Source of the DNA: an uncultured Clostridia bacterium
GTDB lineage: Bacteria > Bacillota > Clostridia > Christensenellales > UBA1242
Length of the DNA stretch: 64,000 bases
Direction of reading: 5' to 3'
NCBI GenBank assembly: GCA_934757865.1
Contig: CAKVLS010000002.1
Span: 102,973 to 166,972, forward strand
Both the position numbers and the translations under genes were made by a program. Of this stretch, positions 62,330 through 64,000 are shown piece after piece. Position 1 is the stretch's first letter, and the number at the start of each line of letters is the position of its first letter. Under the pieces are notes generated by a model. That model searched no databases and was not told where the DNA came from. It saw only the letters and a program-made list of their open reading frames with translations.

Positions 62330-63157
62330 TTATACAACTAATTTTACAAGATTTAGCACAGCGCTACTATGTGTTGAAGAGAATGAAATTGTATGCAAAA
62401 TATTCTCTCTGTCTCCATATACTCCGTCTACGATTTCAAAGTCCTCATGATTGCATCTGCCGGTGCTAGCAGGGTCAATAGTTAGGGCAAATGACTCATC
62501 TGGCATAGTAAGAGTTATTTCGCCTTTGTAGGTATAAACGATATAATCTTTTACATTGCAAGAAGTAACTTCTACTTTACCCTCGTTAGGGTTAAGGATT
62601 AAGTCCTCTTGAACTACTGAATTGGTTATATTAGAAAAGCCAACTTTTGTTATAACCTTAGCCATTTCAAAAGTACTATTTTTTACCAAAGAATTTCCAT
62701 TAGTGTGAATAAGTTTAATAGTATTACTTACTACTCCGTCCAAATATACATTGCCATGAGTTGTGTTTATATCAATGCCCATAAAATTATAACTTCTAGG
62801 GATAGTAATTGTTAGATTTTTGATAATCTTAGGGTCTCTAACTTCGCCAGACTTAAAGTATTCGATATCTAGGTGTCCGTCATTAGTTAGTCTATAATAT
62901 CCCGGCTTGTCCTCTACTTTTTCGCCTGTTTCTGTAAGAGTAATTTTGTCGACATCACCGGCGATAACCTTTAACTCTCCGGCAAGCCAGTTAATCTCCA
63001 AGTCTTTAATCTCTTCTTCAAAACTTGTGCTAGAAGTGATGCGTTTGTACTCGCCCGCATAAATGTACATATATAAATCTACGCCTCCGCAACCGCTAAA
63101 AGCAAAAGCAAGTCCCATAAGTCCTAGGCACATCAAAAATGAAAATAGTTTTTTCAT
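62330..63157 (-). CDS. lipoprotein with DUF4097-like beta-helix (putative adhesin fold)
   Basis: Signal peptide with lipobox (LAFAFSG/C). Repeated 'I....G.I.V' beta-strand pattern ('LEINWLAGELKVIAGDVDKITLTE'). Confidence 0.6.
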   Translation of the reverse strand: MKKLFSFLMCLGLMGLAFAFSGCGGVDLYMYIYAGEYKRITSSTSFEEEIKDLEINWLAGELKVIAGDVDKITLTETGEKVEDKPGYYRLTNDGHLDIEYFKSGEVRDPKIIKNLTITIPRSYNFMGIDINTTHGNVYLDGVVSNTIKLIHTNGNSLVKNSTFEMAKVITKVGFSNITNSVVQEDLILNPNEGKVEVTSCNVKDYIVYTYKGEITLTMPDESFALTIDPASTGRCNHEDFEIVDGVYGDRENILHTISFSSTHSSAVLNLVKLVV

Positions 63158-63220
63158 GATAATCTCCTATTTGATATCATACAATATAAGCCCTTTATTT
63201 GTCTAGCAAAATTACCTTGT

Positions 63221-63250
63221 AAACAAAAAAACAAGCTTCTAAACTTGTTT
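63221..63250 (-). terminator. rho-independent terminator overlapping the stop codon of the 212/221-aa gene
   Basis: Minus strand: AAACAAG-tttagaag-CTTGTTT followed by TTTTGTTT. The stop codon lies in the loop. Confidence 0.5.
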
Positions 63251-63877
63251 TTTTACATTTTCTATTAACTTCTTAGCGGTCATCTGGTATGACAAAAACT
63301 CGTCCCCCACAAACTCCGCTTGAGCCACAATTTCGCCGTCCATTAGGTAGTATATTCCGCTAGAAAATATCAAAAAGACTTTGTCAAAAGTTCTCTCATA
63401 ATTGACACTTTCTTCTTTGTACACTTTGATGAAGTTTTTGGCATCGGTGTTGTCTTTCACTCGCATATACGACAAAAGCGCAAGGTCTGTTTCGTCCTTT
63501 ATCTTTTTGTAGTTGCCATTATTGAGCTTAAAAAGTTTGTCCTTAACTCTCGCTCTAAACTGTGCCATAACATACTCATCATCAAGGTCAGTGTTATACG
63601 ACCAGCTAAGTACTCTCGCTTTGGTCTTCTTGTTATTATTTGGATCCAAGCTAAGGCCATTTCTTATGCTTAGTTTAGAATAGCTATCCAAAAGAAAGTC
63701 GCACAAATATTCTGCCTGAACAACCTCTATACCTATATCTCTGTTTTTGGTATATATGTCAGTTACTTTTTCTTTGTCACCGACATATAGGTTAGTGCCG
63801 TCAAAAAATGTATGGCTTAAAATAACCGCCGTCAAAATTTCTGCATATTTAGCTGTCTTTGAACTGACAAATAACAA
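63239..63877 (-). CDS. hypothetical protein (212 aa from TTG 63877; 221 aa if TTG 63904)
   Basis: There is no in-frame ATG near the 5' end. TTG 63877 sits 8 nt after GGAGAG and 1 nt after the stop of the upstream ORF. No family recognised; the 'D-x10-E-V-V-Q' segment is only vaguely PD-(D/E)xK-like. Confidence 0.45.
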   Translation of the reverse strand: MLFVSSKTAKYAEILTAVILSHTFFDGTNLYVGDKEKVTDIYTKNRDIGIEVVQAEYLCDFLLDSYSKLSIRNGLSLDPNNNKKTKARVLSWSYNTDLDDEYVMAQFRARVKDKLFKLNNGNYKKIKDETDLALLSYMRVKDNTDAKNFIKVYKEESVNYERTFDKVFLIFSSGIYYLMDGEIVAQAEFVGDEFLSYQMTAKKLIENVKKQV

Positions 63878-63878
63878 A

Positions 63879-64000
63879 TTACTTTCTCTCCACTTTTTCG
63901 TCAAGATATGTTGCTTGAATATCTGCTATATGCAAAAGTACGCACATAGGAAAATCATAATAAGCCTGAGCCATAGCACCGCTGCCGCCGCCCACAACTC
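63879..64000 (-). CDS. 3' end of an unidentified gene entering from the right edge
   Basis: Minus frame is open from the window edge to TAA at 63881-63879 (...VVGGGSGAMAQAYYDFPMCVLLHIADIQATYLDEKVERK*); checked triplet by triplet. It could alternatively be a short ORF starting at the internal Met. Confidence 0.3.
   Translation of the reverse strand, partial: VVGGGSGAMAQAYYDFPMCVLLHIADIQATYLDEKVERK

Noticed and set aside
58083-64000. Classical tRNA-targeted integrative island around tRNA-Leu
   Set aside because: There is no integrase or recombinase gene and no second copy of the tRNA 3' end as a direct repeat within the window. The orphan operon lies upstream (5') of the tRNA, not at its 3' end. 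It is kept only as an 'accessory-looking cassette' finding.

Overview
AT-rich, low-GC Firmicutes-type chromosomal segment. It is almost fully coding and most genes lie on the minus strand. All family calls are from motif recognition by eye; no search was run.

(1) Positions 1 to about 8330 carry the DNA-packaging and head module of a tailed-phage element reading leftwards. The order is: sigma-region-4-type late-regulator-like gene, terL, a small TerS-motif protein, portal, scaffold, major capsid, two small head-completion candidates, and an open-ended structural gene running off the left edge. One opposite-strand SH3b gene interrupts the block. No integrase, tail or lysis genes are in the window, so prophage versus remnant cannot be decided.

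(2) The rest is mainly housekeeping:
- DNA metabolism: parE-parC, dinB, polA, nth, an SSB-like gene.
- Cell wall: murG, murF, ddl, a CE4 deacetylase, an SLT transglycosylase.
- Translation and ribosome: a PAP2::tsaE-tsaB-rimI operon, rsfS, yhbY, obg, hpf, lysS.
- Stress and metal: ctsR-clpC, a csoR-P1B-ATPase pair.
- Other: a GH95 glycosidase, a DegV protein, an Fe-ADH, a cysteine desulfurase with a DUF3343 protein, an S8 peptidase.
- One tRNA-Leu(UAA). I see no rRNA, CRISPR array, transposase or recognisable defence system.

(3) Observations that stand out:
- An insulated, strand-switched two-gene operon of unknown function next to tRNA-Leu (58.4-60.1 kb). This is my best candidate for an undescribed accessory system.
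- A roughly 390-aa hyper-acidic N-terminal extension on ParC.
- Unusual fusions: PAP2 phosphatase::TsaE, a polytopic membrane domain::MurF, and a MATE-like transporter::Cof-type HAD phosphatase.
- A serine-palmitoyltransferase-like alpha-oxoamine synthase.
- A CsoR-controlled P1B ATPase with CPHC termini instead of an HMA domain.
- Lys-rich tails on several unrelated proteins.
- Several motif-dense regulatory regions: the nth leader, and CtsR, CsoR and SOS-like operators.

Functional ideas beyond family level are inference.
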